Source of the DNA: Macrostomum hystrix | Lineage: Eukaryota > Animalia > Platyhelminthes | DNA length: 64,000 nt | Direction: 5' to 3' | NCBI GenBank assembly: GCA_950097015.1 | Contig: CATNEN010000011.1 | Coordinates: 6,572,001 to 6,636,000, forward strand | Part shown: in pieces, positions 35,234-46,700 of the stretch | Layout: each line of letters starts with the position of its first letter | Numbering within the stretch: the stretch's first letter is position 1 | The notes under the pieces: generated by a model | Database searches by the model: none | What the model was told of the DNA's origin: nothing | Seen by the model: the letters and a program-made list of their open reading frames with translations, nothing else | Position numbers and translations under genes: made by a program

Positions 35234-35465
35234 CCTCCGGCTGAGGGTGTGACCTCCGGCTGCGGGTGTGACCTCCGGCTGCGGGTGTGACCTCCGGCTG
35301 AGGGTGTGACCTCCGGCTGAGGGTGTGACCTCCGGCTGAGGGTGTGACCTCCGGCTGCGGGTGTGACTTCCGGCTGCGGGTGTGACCTCCGGCTGAGGGT
35401 GTGACCTCCGGCTGAGGGTGTGACCTCCGGCTGAGGGTGTGACCTCCGGCTGAGGGAGTGACCTC
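35221..35465. repeat. Minisatellite, 19-bp GGGTGTGACCTCCGGCTG(A/C), overlapping the stop codon
   Basis: The first unit contains TGA 35231-35233. Confidence 0.93.
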
Positions 35466-38400
35466 ACAGTTTGGTTGTGACTTTCATTTTATTTCTGATT
35501 TTATTTAGCATGCTTTCATTGAAGAGTTTTTCCAGTTTTTTTCTTTTCTTTCTGTTATTTTAGAATGCGTTCTCAATTGAAACGACAGTAGTATGTGCGC
35601 TTATTAGTAGTATGTGCGCTTATTAGGAGAAATATCATAGTATATTATATTTTTTGTTACCAGTGATTTTATCTGGTAACATTGTTATAATGTATTTGAT
35701 ATTATTTTTTGTAATTATTCTAATGCATTGTAATGTTTAAGTGTCTGAAATATATTTATTAGTGCTTTAGTTTTTCTGCACTAAATTTTTCTTCAAGACA
35801 AAAAACAAATTTCGGACGTCAAGCTGCCTAAAATGTGCTTATATATGAAGATATTTTCTTGATAATTTGATAAGGTCAGCCGGGCAAGGCGAGGTGCTTG
35901 TAGAGGGCTGTAAGCTGCTCATAGGTCTAATTAAAGTTGAGTAATTTTATGTCCCCCGGATAAAATAGGACGATTTTCCCCAGTCTTTGCAGTTGCAGTG
36001 GTCCGTAAAAATATGGAATTCAGTCCCTCTATGGGATTAGCTGCTTCTTGCGTTTCCACGCCTGGTTGCTAGTCCTTGAGTAGTGCTCACCATAATGGCA
36101 GTAGTAGAGCTATTAACTAATACTATATTGTTGGACGTTGCAGGAAACCATTGTTTAGATTAAAAAAACTGCGGTTATTATTCTGTTACTTATCTAAAAG
36201 TACTTTACCTACTTTTTTGCTTGCGTAAACAATCCTTATTTGATGCTGTCCTTTAATGGAAAGCATATCCGGTGAATCGTAAGAGGCGGTGTGTCATGTT
36301 ATTATGACAGCCATGGAGTGGCAAATTTGGGTTTGGGATGGGGTGGAGGGCAGTTAAATAACTGACTGGAGGATGGGGTGGCGGGGCAGTTGAATAACTG
36401 ACTGGAGGATGGGATGGCGGGGCAATTGAATAACTGACTGGAGGATGGGATGGCGGGGCAGTTGAATAACTGACTGGAGGATGGGATGGCGGGGCAGTTG
36501 AATAACTGACTGGAGGATGGGATGGCGGGGCAGTTGAATAACTGACTGGAGGATGGGGTGGCGGGGCAGTTGAATAACTGACTGGAGAATGGGGTGGCGG
36601 GCATTTGAATAACTGACTGGAGGATGGGGTGGCGGGGCAGTTGAATAACTGACTGGAGGATGGGGTGGCGGGCAGTTGAATAACTGACTGGAGGATGGGG
36701 TGGCGGGCATTTGAATAGCTGTATGATCAAGAGTTGAAATTTTTATTATGCAGCAAATCAAAGAGTCGAAAAAATGTAATTAAATTCGTACAGAAATTAT
36801 TCGTTTTCGACATGTAGTTATCTTGAAATAGCATATTTACGATTTCCGAATTAAAGAACGACTCAAAGAATTGCAGATGTTTAGTAAAACTCAGGTTCAT
36901 ACCAGGTAACATTAAGTTAGAGCTCTGAGGTAAGCTAGCTGAAAACGTGTGAGTTGTGGACTCAGTTGCTAAGGCTCGCTGACCTGAGGCCATAAAAGCG
37001 CCCGTGCGTGAACTCCTGTTAGGATTTTCTGGTTAAAAGTGAGAGAGAAAACGAAAATGGATTTCGACGGCTAACCGTCACTCACTTTGATACGCAAGCT
37101 CAGTTTTATTTGCGACTCACTGAGGCGAATGAGGACTAAATAAATGCCTTTTAGGGGAAGTGTGAGCAGCTGGCTTTTGCATCGCGAGCAACTGCTAAGC
37201 TTAAACTAAAATTTCTAGACACACTAGAGAATGTGTATTAAGCAGGAAAGGGAGATGGAGAGAGGGAGATGGGGAAAGGGAGATAAGGAGAGGGAGATAA
37301 GGAGAGAGAGATAAGGGTAGGGAGATTAGGAGAATAAGATAAGGAGAGGGGGATAAAGATAGAGATATAAGGAGATGGAGATAAGGGGAAGGAGATAAGA
37401 AGAGGGAGATAAGGAGAGGGAGATAAGGAGAGGGAGATAAGGAGAGGGAGATAAAGATAGAGATATAAGGAGAGGGAGATAAGGGGAGGGAGATAAGAGG
37501 AGAGAGATAAGAGGAGGGAGATAAGGAGAGGGAGATAAAGAGACGGAGATAAGGAGAGGGAGATAGGGAGAGGGAGATAGAGATAGAGAGATAAGGAGAG
37601 GGAGATAAGGGAAGGGAGATAAGGGGAGGGAGATGAGGAGAGAGAGATAAGGAGAGGTAGATAAGGAGAGGGAGATAAGGAGAGGGAGATAAGGAGAGGG
37701 AGATAAGGAGAGGGAGATAAGGAGAGGCCCGAGATAAAGATAGAGATATAAGGAGAGGGAGATAAGGGGAGGGAGATAAGAGGAGAGAGATAAGAGGAGG
37801 GAGATAAGGAGAGGGAGATAAAGAGACGGAGATAAGGAGAGGGAGATAGGGAGAGGGAGATAGAGATAGAGAGATAAGGAGAGGGAGATAAGGGAAGGGA
37901 GATAAGGAGAGGGAGATAAAGGGAGGGAGATAAGAGAAGGGAGATAAGGAGAGGGAGATAGGGAGAGGGAGATAAGAGGAGGGAGATAAGGAGAGGGAGA
38001 TAAAGAGACGGAGATAAGCAGAGGGAGATAGGGAGAGGGAGATAAGAGGAGAGAGATAAGAGGAGGGAGATAAGGAGAGGGAGATAAAGAGACGGAGATA
38101 AGGAGAGGGAGATAGGGAGAGGGAGATAGAGATAGAGAGATAAGGAGAGGGAGATAAGGGAAGGGAGATAAGGAGAGGGAGATAAAGGGAGGGAGATAAG
38201 AGAAGGGAGATAAGGAGAGGGAGATAGGGAGAGGGAGATAAGAGGAGGGAGATAAGGGGAGGGAGATAAGAGGAGGGAGATAAGGGGAGGGAGATAAGAG
38301 GAGGGAGATAAGGAGAGGGAGATAAGGGGAGGGAGATCAGGGGAGGGAGATAAAGGGAGGGAGATAAGAGGAGGGAGATAAGGGGAGGGAGATAAGGGAA

Positions 38401-39588
38401 GGGAAATAAGAGGAGGGAGATAAGGAGAGGGAGATAAGGGAAGGGAGATAAGGAGAGAGAGATAAGGAGAGGTAGATAAGGAGAGGGAGATAAGGAGAGG
38501 GAGATAAGGAGAGGGAGATAAAGGGAGGGAGATAAGAGGAGGGAGATAAGGAGAGGGAGATAGGGAGAGGGAGATAAGAGGAGGGAGATAAGGGGAGGGA
38601 GATAAGAGGAGGGAGATAAGGGGAGGGAGATAAGAGGAGGGAGATAAGGAGAGGGAGATAAGGGGAGGGAGATCAGGGGAGGGAGATAAAGGGAGGGAGA
38701 TAAGAGGAGGGAGTTAAGGAGAGGGAGATAAGGGGAGGGAGATAAGGGGAGGGAGATAAGAGGAGGGAGATAAGGAGAGGGAGATAAGGGGAGGGAGATC
38801 AGGGGAGGGAGATAAAGGGAGGGAGATAAGAGGAGGGAGATAAGGGGAGGGAGATAAGAGGAGGGAGATAAGGAGAGGGAGATAAGGGGAGGGAGATCAG
38901 GGGAGGGAGATAAAGGGAGGGAGATAAGAGGAGGGAGATAAGGAGAGGGAGATAAGGGGAGGGAGATAAAGGGACGGATTTAGGGAGAGGGAGATAGTGA
39001 GAATGAGATAAGGAGAGAGAGATGCTAAAAGGGAGATGGAATTGGGTAGATAAGGCGATGGATGGACAACAATGATTAAAACATGGATTACTTTGAAGTG
39101 GATTCAGAACGCTTGTAAAAGTGGGAATGTACAATTAATAACATTGTGAATATATGACATTTTGATAAACAAGCAGTAGTTGGGGTGTGTCTTCTTGAGC
39201 AGGTTCAGCAGTTGCTCACGCCAGCTGTCAATCAAATTGCATTTCCGCATAATCCCTTAATCTGTCTAGACACATAAGCTCGATTTGAATTGCGGTCGAA
39301 TTGGCATTCGGAAATGCTTGAGGAATGAATTCTCAGCAGATGCACTTATATCAGGGTCTCTGATTAGTGGTCAAGTGGTCAGCACTGGAGATTTATTTTC
39401 ACAATCAGTTCCCACACCGGAAGTGCTATCAAGACGGCTATCAAACAAGGCCGCTACTTCCTGTCAACAAAATATCTAATCAATTTTTTGTGTGAGTCCA
39501 CTTTAGGAACTAAAAAAATAACATTGAGGAGGTTGGCCCTCAAGGACGTAAATCACACGACATGTCGCCATGCTTTCTCTACGCGGCT

Positions 39589-39661
39589 GGACTCGTGGTG
39601 GAATCGAACTCAGGGACCTCGGCGCGAGACGCGAACGCGTTAACCGCTCTGCCACCGACCC
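39589..39661 (-). mobile_element. tRNA-derived SINE head (family B)
   Basis: GGTGGCAGAGCGGTTAA A-box and GAGTTCGATTCC B-box; T-stem unpaired, so not a functional tRNA; related copies at 41430-41510 (+) and 61167-61239 (-). Confidence 0.6.
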
Positions 39662-39719
39662 AAGCGTTCTTAGAATTCAAGTAGAAGTTGGTCATTCGTG
39701 TGGGCTACTCAAATTGGAT

Positions 39720-39957
39720 AGTTCCCATTCGTCATTTATCCCCAGACCAGAACCGCCGCCATTGGTTGGCTGGGTAGATGCAGTTGCTAAGCAAACCAAC
39801 CTGATAAAAGTTGCTCCCAGCGCTGCAAACAAAGATTTGGCTGCCACACAAAAATTCTCCCCCGCGTACTTCCGGCCCAGCAACAGAGCCGAGCCAAGCC
39901 GAGCAAATCAAACGACAGATAATTGACGAGTTCGCCATTGTCAGTCGGCGTCGACAG
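39720..39957 (+). promoter_or_regulatory. Candidate promoter and 5' exon of the GPCR
   Basis: CCAAT (CCATTGG) and ETS-like CTTCCGG motifs followed by a strong donor CGACAG|GTAAGG; the next strong acceptor is CTCTTGCAG at 41803. Confidence 0.35.
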
Positions 39958-41429
39958 GTAAGGCCAAGCAGACTTGTGGAATTAACGATGGATAGGGCAA
40001 AAACACTGGGCCAACATGCTGGGAGAAAAGTTTTGGAAAGTACTTTAGGGAAAGGAGAATTAAGAGGGGATGGATCAGAAAGGAATAAAGAGAAGTGAGA
40101 GTAAGAAGATGTGAAATGAGTGGAAGAAATGAGAGAATAGGAGAGGGGAGAATGGGAGAGGGAAGAATGGGAGAGGGGAGAATTGGAAAGGGGAGAATAT
40201 GAGAATGGAAAATGGGAGAGGGGAGAACGGGAGAGGGGAGAATGAGATGGAAGATAGGAGAATGAGAAAGGGGAGAATTGGAGAGCTTGAGAATAGTAGA
40301 GGCGAGAATAGGAGAGGGAAGAATGGGAGAGGGGAGAATAGGAGAGGGGAGAATAGGAGAGGGGAGAATAGGAGAGGGGAGAATAGGAGAGGGGAGAATG
40401 GGAGAGGGGAGAATAGTAGAGCAGAGGATGGAAGAGGGGAGAATGGGAGAGGGGAGAATGTGAGAGGGGAAAATTGGAAAGGGGAGAATGAAAGAGGAAG
40501 AATGAGAATGGGAGACGGAAGAAATATGATGGGAGAAAATTGGAAGATAGGAGGAGATGATGAATTGGAAAAAGAGGAGAGAAGAGAGGATAGAATGGTT
40601 ATAAATGAGAGGTTAGTCAAAGGAGCAAATGATTATGCCGGTGGAAATTTTGCCTTGCCGGAAGCAAGACCCAGTAACAGTAGAGCTTGTTGCTCTGTTC
40701 CAAAGAAGATTATAGGCTTAGTAGGCCTGGCAATATCGAAACAAAAAAATCAACGGCAATTTTTCGCCCGAATTTCATTCTGAATCAAGATTAAAACATA
40801 AAGGAGAGACACAAACATTGTTCATTAAATAATTTTATTCTATAGTTTCGTGTCCTCCATTTTGGGTCAACAGCCTTCTGTGTGCCTGTTCTATGTGCCT
40901 GTATGCCTGTCTGTCTGTTCTAATCATTAAATAATTATTACGAACTAAGAACCGAAAATACGGATAGAATTATATTTTAATGCAATCTAAAATAGGAACA
41001 GCAATGTAATATTAGCTCCGCTATTTCTTAATATTTAATGCCAGAATTATTCGTATTTCTTAGAAACATCATTCATGATCGGTCAGATTCGATCAGTTCA
41101 ATACTGCGTCCGCAATTTTCTCACGCAGTAAATTTGTATCTACCTAATTTAGTAACTATCAGGCCGTGTCTCACTCCCGACTCCGGTGAATCAAATGTTC
41201 TCTCACGATACGTGCTCACGATCCGATAAAGATAACAAAATAGAAACAAAAGTATACATATCAACTGAGCAGGAATTTGTTAGAAAGAAAGCCAAATTTT
41301 TGCCAGCAAAGTTTACTGCCGATTCGATCGTATTTTCCAAGCGAAAAAAGAAAATAGGACAACAGATATGGAGAGGGGACAGGAGATAGGTAGGTAGGTA
41401 GGTAGGTAGGTAGGTAGGGGGTTAGTCAG

Positions 41430-41510
41430 GTGGGTGGTGAATGGCAGAGAACGGTCTAACTCGTTTGCCCCTCGCAGCAAGGTCCCTGAGCTCGATTCCG
41501 CGGCGAGGCC
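41430..41510 (+). mobile_element. Degenerate tRNA-derived SINE head (family B)
   Basis: TGGCAGAGAACGG...AAGGTCCCTGAGCTCGATTCC resembles the 39589-39661 element. Confidence 0.45.
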
Positions 41511-41815
41511 ACATTTTATTTGTGGTGCAGCCGGCGGAGAGAAGGCTTGGGGGCTTGTCATGCAGCTACGCCCTTGAGTGCCAACCACCAAGTGACCTGT
41601 TTCAGCGAGTGCCTGCGTACAGTCTCCAAGTTCGTGTGTGCTCAGGAGTCAGCGAACTGGGGCAGAATGCATAGTGTAACCAAATTATGTGCCAGCAGCC
41701 CTCTTACAGTTATTATTATCATTATTTTATTATTATTATTATGGTTCAGGCGTACAATTCTATCTATCTAGCTGTTACCGCTACCATTACTGCTCTCTTG
41801 CAGACCATAGAGTCA

Positions 41816-43474
41816 ATGGACACGCCGCGATTCAAGGATCTCTCCGATGTGCTGCAGCTGCGCAAGCAGGGCCAGAGCATGTCCACCTCCGTACAGGCCA
41901 CAACCACCCTGTGGCTGACTACAGTCTCCGTGTTGGGCATCGTTGGCAACGCCCTGGTGATCATGTTCTTCTCCAGAAGCCTGAAAGACCTGCCCCAGAA
42001 TGTCTACGTGATCGCTCTGGCAGCCCTGGACTTGGTCGTCTGCGCGGTGGTTATTCCGTCGACAATCTATCAGGACGTCTGGCTGGCTTCTAGCAGCGAC
42101 CTGGGCTGCAAGCTGTTCAACATTCTCCGCTACTCTCTGGTTCCATCGTCTGCATTTTTGCTGTGCCTCATCGCCGTTGATCGCTTCGTCATCATCTGCT
42201 TCGTGCCGGGCATCCAGTCGACAAGGAAGAACTCGCTGCTGTACATCGGCCTGGTTCTGGTGCTGGGCTTCGCTCTCGGTGTTCCTGGCGGACTGACAAC
42301 CGGAGCCAGCGTGCGCATCACCGTGGATGCCGCAGTCAGCAAGTTCAATGGCGACTTCAGCGTCTCTCACTGTACCTCGGATTTCAGCATAATCTCAGAG
42401 TCGGTCTACAAGGTCTATCGCACAATGCTCACCGCAATTTTCTCCGTCATGCTGCTCCTCCTGGTGTTTTTCTACGTCAACATTTTCTGCTTTGTCCGCA
42501 AGCGCCAGCAACGCTGGGCAAAGTCGCGCAGCTACTTGGCCTCCAAGATGGAGCGAAGCGGCGGCAACACTGCCGAGCTCGGCGGCACCAAGGGTCGACG
42601 GTGGCTGCTGAACCGCCGCTGGAGCGCAGGCTATGGCGTCGGCGGCGTCGGCGGGCGCAACACGCGGCGTCTCCTGTCTGTGGGCCGTCTGGACGAGGTG
42701 ACGGAAGTGACGAGCTGCACTGAGGCCAGGCGAGCGTCAGTGAACTTGCCACGCTTCGACCAGCCTGGCCAGTCATCATCCGAATGCCTTGAGACCGACA
42801 TAGACGAAGCCCTGGCCGCCTCTTCACCGGTGAAAAATGCTTTGCAGAAGCGAATTTCGGAGGTTTCAGAACAGACCAGCTCAGCTGGCCAGGCTGCTGA
42901 GATCGAGGGTGCTGACGCCATCGAGCTCAGCGTGATGTTCAGTCCCAGCATGACGGACTGCGATTCGCAGTCGCGTCCCAACCGCATCAACTCGCTGGCC
43001 AGTGAGCACCTGACTCAGGCCCGACAGGACTTGGCCGAGCGCACGCGGAAGCGGCCCCACATCAAGACCGCCAAGGTGCTCGGCGTCATCACCTTCTTCT
43101 ACGTGTTGTCCTACCTGCCATTCTTTCTAGTTTACAACTTTAACAAATCGGTGAGCGAAGGCGTCACGGGCCGTTGGATGGTAGAGACGGGCAACTTCTC
43201 GGCAGGCAAGTCCATCGACGCCTGGCCAGAGAGGCACAACAGCAGCGCGTGGGCATTCAGCTTCGACTCAGCTGTCGCCGGCGATGATGTGAGCGGTGGC
43301 GTCGGTGGCGGCAGTGACAGTGAAGCGTCGGTCTATCACCAGGCGGTGAAGGTGATGTTCTATTTTTACTTCATCAATCATGGAGCCAATCCGCTGATCT
43401 ATGGCTGCATGAACACCTATTTCAAGCAGCAGGTGCGCGCCCTCATTGGCTCGCTGAGGTATCGAAGGAGGTGA
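41816..43474 (+). CDS. Rhodopsin-like class A GPCR (peptide-receptor-like), 552 aa, single coding exon
   Basis: Seven hydrophobic segments; GN (TM1), LAALD (TM2), IAVDRF (TM3), SYLP (TM6), ANPLIY (TM7). The ATG follows the acceptor at 41803; the upstream ORF extension is intronic (ATT)n. Confidence 0.92.
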   Translation: MDTPRFKDLSDVLQLRKQGQSMSTSVQATTTLWLTTVSVLGIVGNALVIMFFSRSLKDLPQNVYVIALAALDLVVCAVVIPSTIYQDVWLASSSDLGCKLFNILRYSLVPSSAFLLCLIAVDRFVIICFVPGIQSTRKNSLLYIGLVLVLGFALGVPGGLTTGASVRITVDAAVSKFNGDFSVSHCTSDFSIISESVYKVYRTMLTAIFSVMLLLLVFFYVNIFCFVRKRQQRWAKSRSYLASKMERSGGNTAELGGTKGRRWLLNRRWSAGYGVGGVGGRNTRRLLSVGRLDEVTEVTSCTEARRASVNLPRFDQPGQSSSECLETDIDEALAASSPVKNALQKRISEVSEQTSSAGQAAEIEGADAIELSVMFSPSMTDCDSQSRPNRINSLASEHLTQARQDLAERTRKRPHIKTAKVLGVITFFYVLSYLPFFLVYNFNKSVSEGVTGRWMVETGNFSAGKSIDAWPERHNSSAWAFSFDSAVAGDDVSGGVGGGSDSEASVYHQAVKVMFYFYFINHGANPLIYGCMNTYFKQQVRALIGSLRYRRR

Positions 43475-43784
43475 AAAATAAGGAACTCGGAATTAGCTTT
43501 CATTCCTGTGAATCTTTGCTTGAAACACTTTTCTTTTTTCCAACTCTAGTTGAATATTTTATAAGTCTTGCTTCATGCTAAAATCGTCTTTTTGTCGAGC
43601 TGAAGCGAAATACGAGTAAATACGAGTAAATACGAGTTTGAAAAAAATAATCTTCATAAAGTTATTCGTATTTTGAGACTAGGGGTCAAGAGATTTCTGT
43701 GAATATTTATTTTTTCATTTAAACAAAGCCATTTTTGTAGTGTACAAGCGCTATTGTCTAGGCCATGGAGGTAGCAAACTATCC

Positions 43785-46700
43785 TTCCTATCCTATCCTA
43801 TCCTTCCTTCCTCCTTCCTCCGTCTTCCTTCCTTCTCCTCACTCCTTCCTCCTTCTCCTTCCTCCTTCCTCCTCCTTCCTCCTTGCTTCCTTATCCTTCC
43901 TCCTCTTTCCTACTCCTTCCTCCTTCTTCCTTCCTTCCTCTTTCCTACTTCCTTCCTCCTTCCTCCTTCCTTTCTCCTTCCCCCTTCCTCCTTCCTTCTC
44001 CTTCCTCCTCCTTCCTCCTTCCTTTCTCCTTCCCCCTTCCTCCTTCCTTCTCCTTCCTCCTCCTTCCTCCTTCCTTTCTCCTTCCCCTATCCTCCTTCCT
44101 CCCTCCTCCTCCTTCCTCCTTCCTTTCCTCCTTCCTCCTCCTTCGTCCTTCCCCTTCCTCCTCCTTCCTTCCTCCTTCCTTCCTCCTTCCTCCTCCTTCG
44201 TCCTTCCCCTTTCCTCCTCCTTCCTCCTTCCTTCCTCCTTCCTCCTTCTTTCCTTCTCCTTCCTCCTTCCTCCTCCCTCTCTCCTTCCTTCCTCCTTCCT
44301 CCCTCCTCCTTCCTCCTTCCTCCTTCCTCCTTCCTCCCTCCTTCTTTCTCCTTCCTCCTCCTTCCTCCTTCCTCCTTCCTCCTTCCTCCTCCCTCCTTCT
44401 TCCTTCCTTTCTCCTTCCTCCTTCCTTCCTCCTCCTTCCTCCTCCTTTCTCCTTCCTCCTTCCTCCTTCCTCCTTCCTTCCTTCTCCTTCCTCCTCCTTC
44501 CTCCTTCCTCCCTCCTTCCTCCTTCCTTCCTCCTTCCTCCTCCTTCGTCCTTCCCCTTTCCTCCTCCTTCCTCCTTGCTTCCTCTTTCCTCCCTCCTCCT
44601 CCTTCTCCTTCCTCCTTCCTCCTTCTTCTTTCCTCCCTTCTCCTCCTTCTCCTTCCTCCTTCCTACTTCCTCCTTCCTCCTTCCTTCCTTCTCCTTCCTC
44701 CTCCTTTCTCCTTCCTCCTTCCTTCCTCCTTCCTCCATCCTCCTTCCTCCTTCCTCCTCCTTCCTCTTTCCTCCTTCCTTCCTCCTTCCTCCTTCCTTTC
44801 TCCTTCCCCCTTCCTCCTTCCTTCTCCTTCCTCCTCTTCCTCCTTCCTTTCTCCTTCCCCTTCCTCCTTCCTCCCTCCTCCTCCATCCTCCCTCCTCCTT
44901 CCTCCTTCGACCTTCCTCCTCCTTCCTTCCTTCTCCTCCCTCCTTCCTCCTTCTCCTTCCCCCTTCCTCCATCCTCCCTCCTACTTCCTCCTCCTTCTCC
45001 TTCCTCCTTCCTTCCTCATTCCTTCCTCCTCCTTCCTACTTCTCCCTTCCTTCCTTCTCCTCCCTCCTTCCTCCTTCCTCCTTCGACCTTCCTCCTCCTT
45101 CCTTCCGTCTCCTCCCTCCTTCCTCCTTCTCCTTCCCCCTTCCTCCATCCTCCCTCCTACTTCCTCCTCCTTCTCCTTCCTCCTTCCTTCCTCATTCCTT
45201 CCTCCTCCTTCCTCCTTCTCCCTTCCTTCCTTCTCCTCCCTCCTTCCTCCTTCTCCTTCCTCCTTCCTCCTTCCTCCTCCTTTTTCCTTGCTTCCTTCTC
45301 CTTCCTCCTCTTTCCTACTCCTTCCTCCTTCCTCCTCCTTCCTTCCTTACTTCCCCCTTCCTCCTCCTTCCTCCTTCCTCCTCCTTCCTCCCTCCTTCCT
45401 CCTTCCTTTCTCCTTCCCCCTTCCACCTTCCTTCCTCCTTCCTCCTTCCTTCCTCCTTCCTCCTTCCTCCTTCCTTCCTCCTTCCTCCTTCCTCCTTCCT
45501 TCTCCTTCCTCCCTCCTCCTTCCACCTTCCTTCCTCCTTCCTCCTTCCTTCCTCCTTCCTCCTTCCTCCTTCCTTCCTCCTTCCTCCTTCCTCCTTCCTT
45601 CTCCTTCCTCCCTCCTCCTTCCTCCTTCCTCCTCCCTCCTTTCTCCTTCTCCTTCCTCCTTCCACCTTCCTTCCTCTTTCCTTCCTCCTTCCTCCTTCCT
45701 CCTTCCTCCTTCCTCCATCTTCTTTCCTCCCTCCTCCTCCTTCTCCTCCCTCCTTCCTTCCTTCTCCCACCTTCTTCCCTCCTCCTTCCTCCTTCCTCCT
45801 CCATCCTTCCTCCTTCTCCTTCCTCCTTGCTTCCTCTTTCCTCCCTCCTCCTTCTTCTCCTTCCTCCTTCCTTCCTCCTCCTTCCTCCTCCTTCCTCCTT
45901 CCTCCTTCCTCCTTCCTTCCTCCTCCTTCCACCTCCTTCCTCCTTTCTCCTTTCTCCTTCCTCCTTCCTCCTTCCTTCCTGCTCCTTCCTCCTCCTTCCT
46001 CCTTCCTCCTTCCTCCTTCCTCCTTCCTTCATTCTCCTTCCTCCTCCTTCCTCCTTCCTCCTTTCTCCTTCCTCCTCCTTCCTCCTCCTTCCTCCTTCCT
46101 CCTTCCTCCTTTCTCCTTCCTTCCTCCTCCTTTCTCTTCCTTCCTCCTTCCTTCTTCCTCCTTCCTCCTCCTTCCTCCTTCTTCCGCCTTCCTCCTTCCT
46201 CCTTCCTTCTCCTTCCTCCTTCCTCCTTCCTCCTTCTTCCGCCTTCCTCCTTCCCCCTTCCTCCTTCCTCCCTCCTCCTCCTTCCTTCCTCCTTCCTTCC
46301 TCCTTCCTCCTCCTTCGTCCTTCCCCTTTCCTCCTCCTTCCTCCTTCCTTCCTCCTTCCTCCTTCTTTCCTTCTCCTTCCTCCTTCCTCCTCCCTCTCTC
46401 CTTCCTTCCTCCTTCCTCCCTCCTCCTTCCTCCTTCCTCCTTCCTCCTTCCTCCCTCCTTCTTTCTCCTTCCTCCTCCTTCCTCCTTCCTCCTTCCTCCT
46501 TCCTCCTCCCTCCTTCTTCCTTCCTTTCTCCTTCCTCCTTCCTTCCTCCTCCTTCCTCCTCCTTTCTCCTTCCTCCTTCCTCCTTCCTCCTTCCTTCCTT
46601 CTCCTTCATCCTCCTTCCTCCTTCCTCCCTCCTTCCTCCTTCCTTCCTCCTTCCTCCTCCTTCGTCCTTCCCCTTTCCTCCTCCTTTCTCCTTCCTCCTT

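Larger units (their letters stand above)
35730..41099. repeat. Segmental duplication, copy 1 (direct repeat of 58513-63049)
   Basis: Unique parts nearly identical from GTAATGTTTAAGTGTCTG to GATCAGTTC; the same ORFs recur at offset 21578 (for example 39570/61148). Contains 36-bp (36350-36720), GGAGAGGGAGATAA (37250-39000) and GGAGAGGGGAGAATG (40120-40500) arrays. Confidence 0.95.

Noticed and set aside
35729-41100. TG...CA ends on duplication copy 1 suggesting giant LTRs
   Set aside because: Copy 2 lacks these ends; no TSD, PBS or gag/pol sequence between the copies
41687-41815. N-terminal extension of the GPCR ORF
   Set aside because: Spans an (ATT)n tract and ends in a polypyrimidine-CAG acceptor, so it is probably intronic
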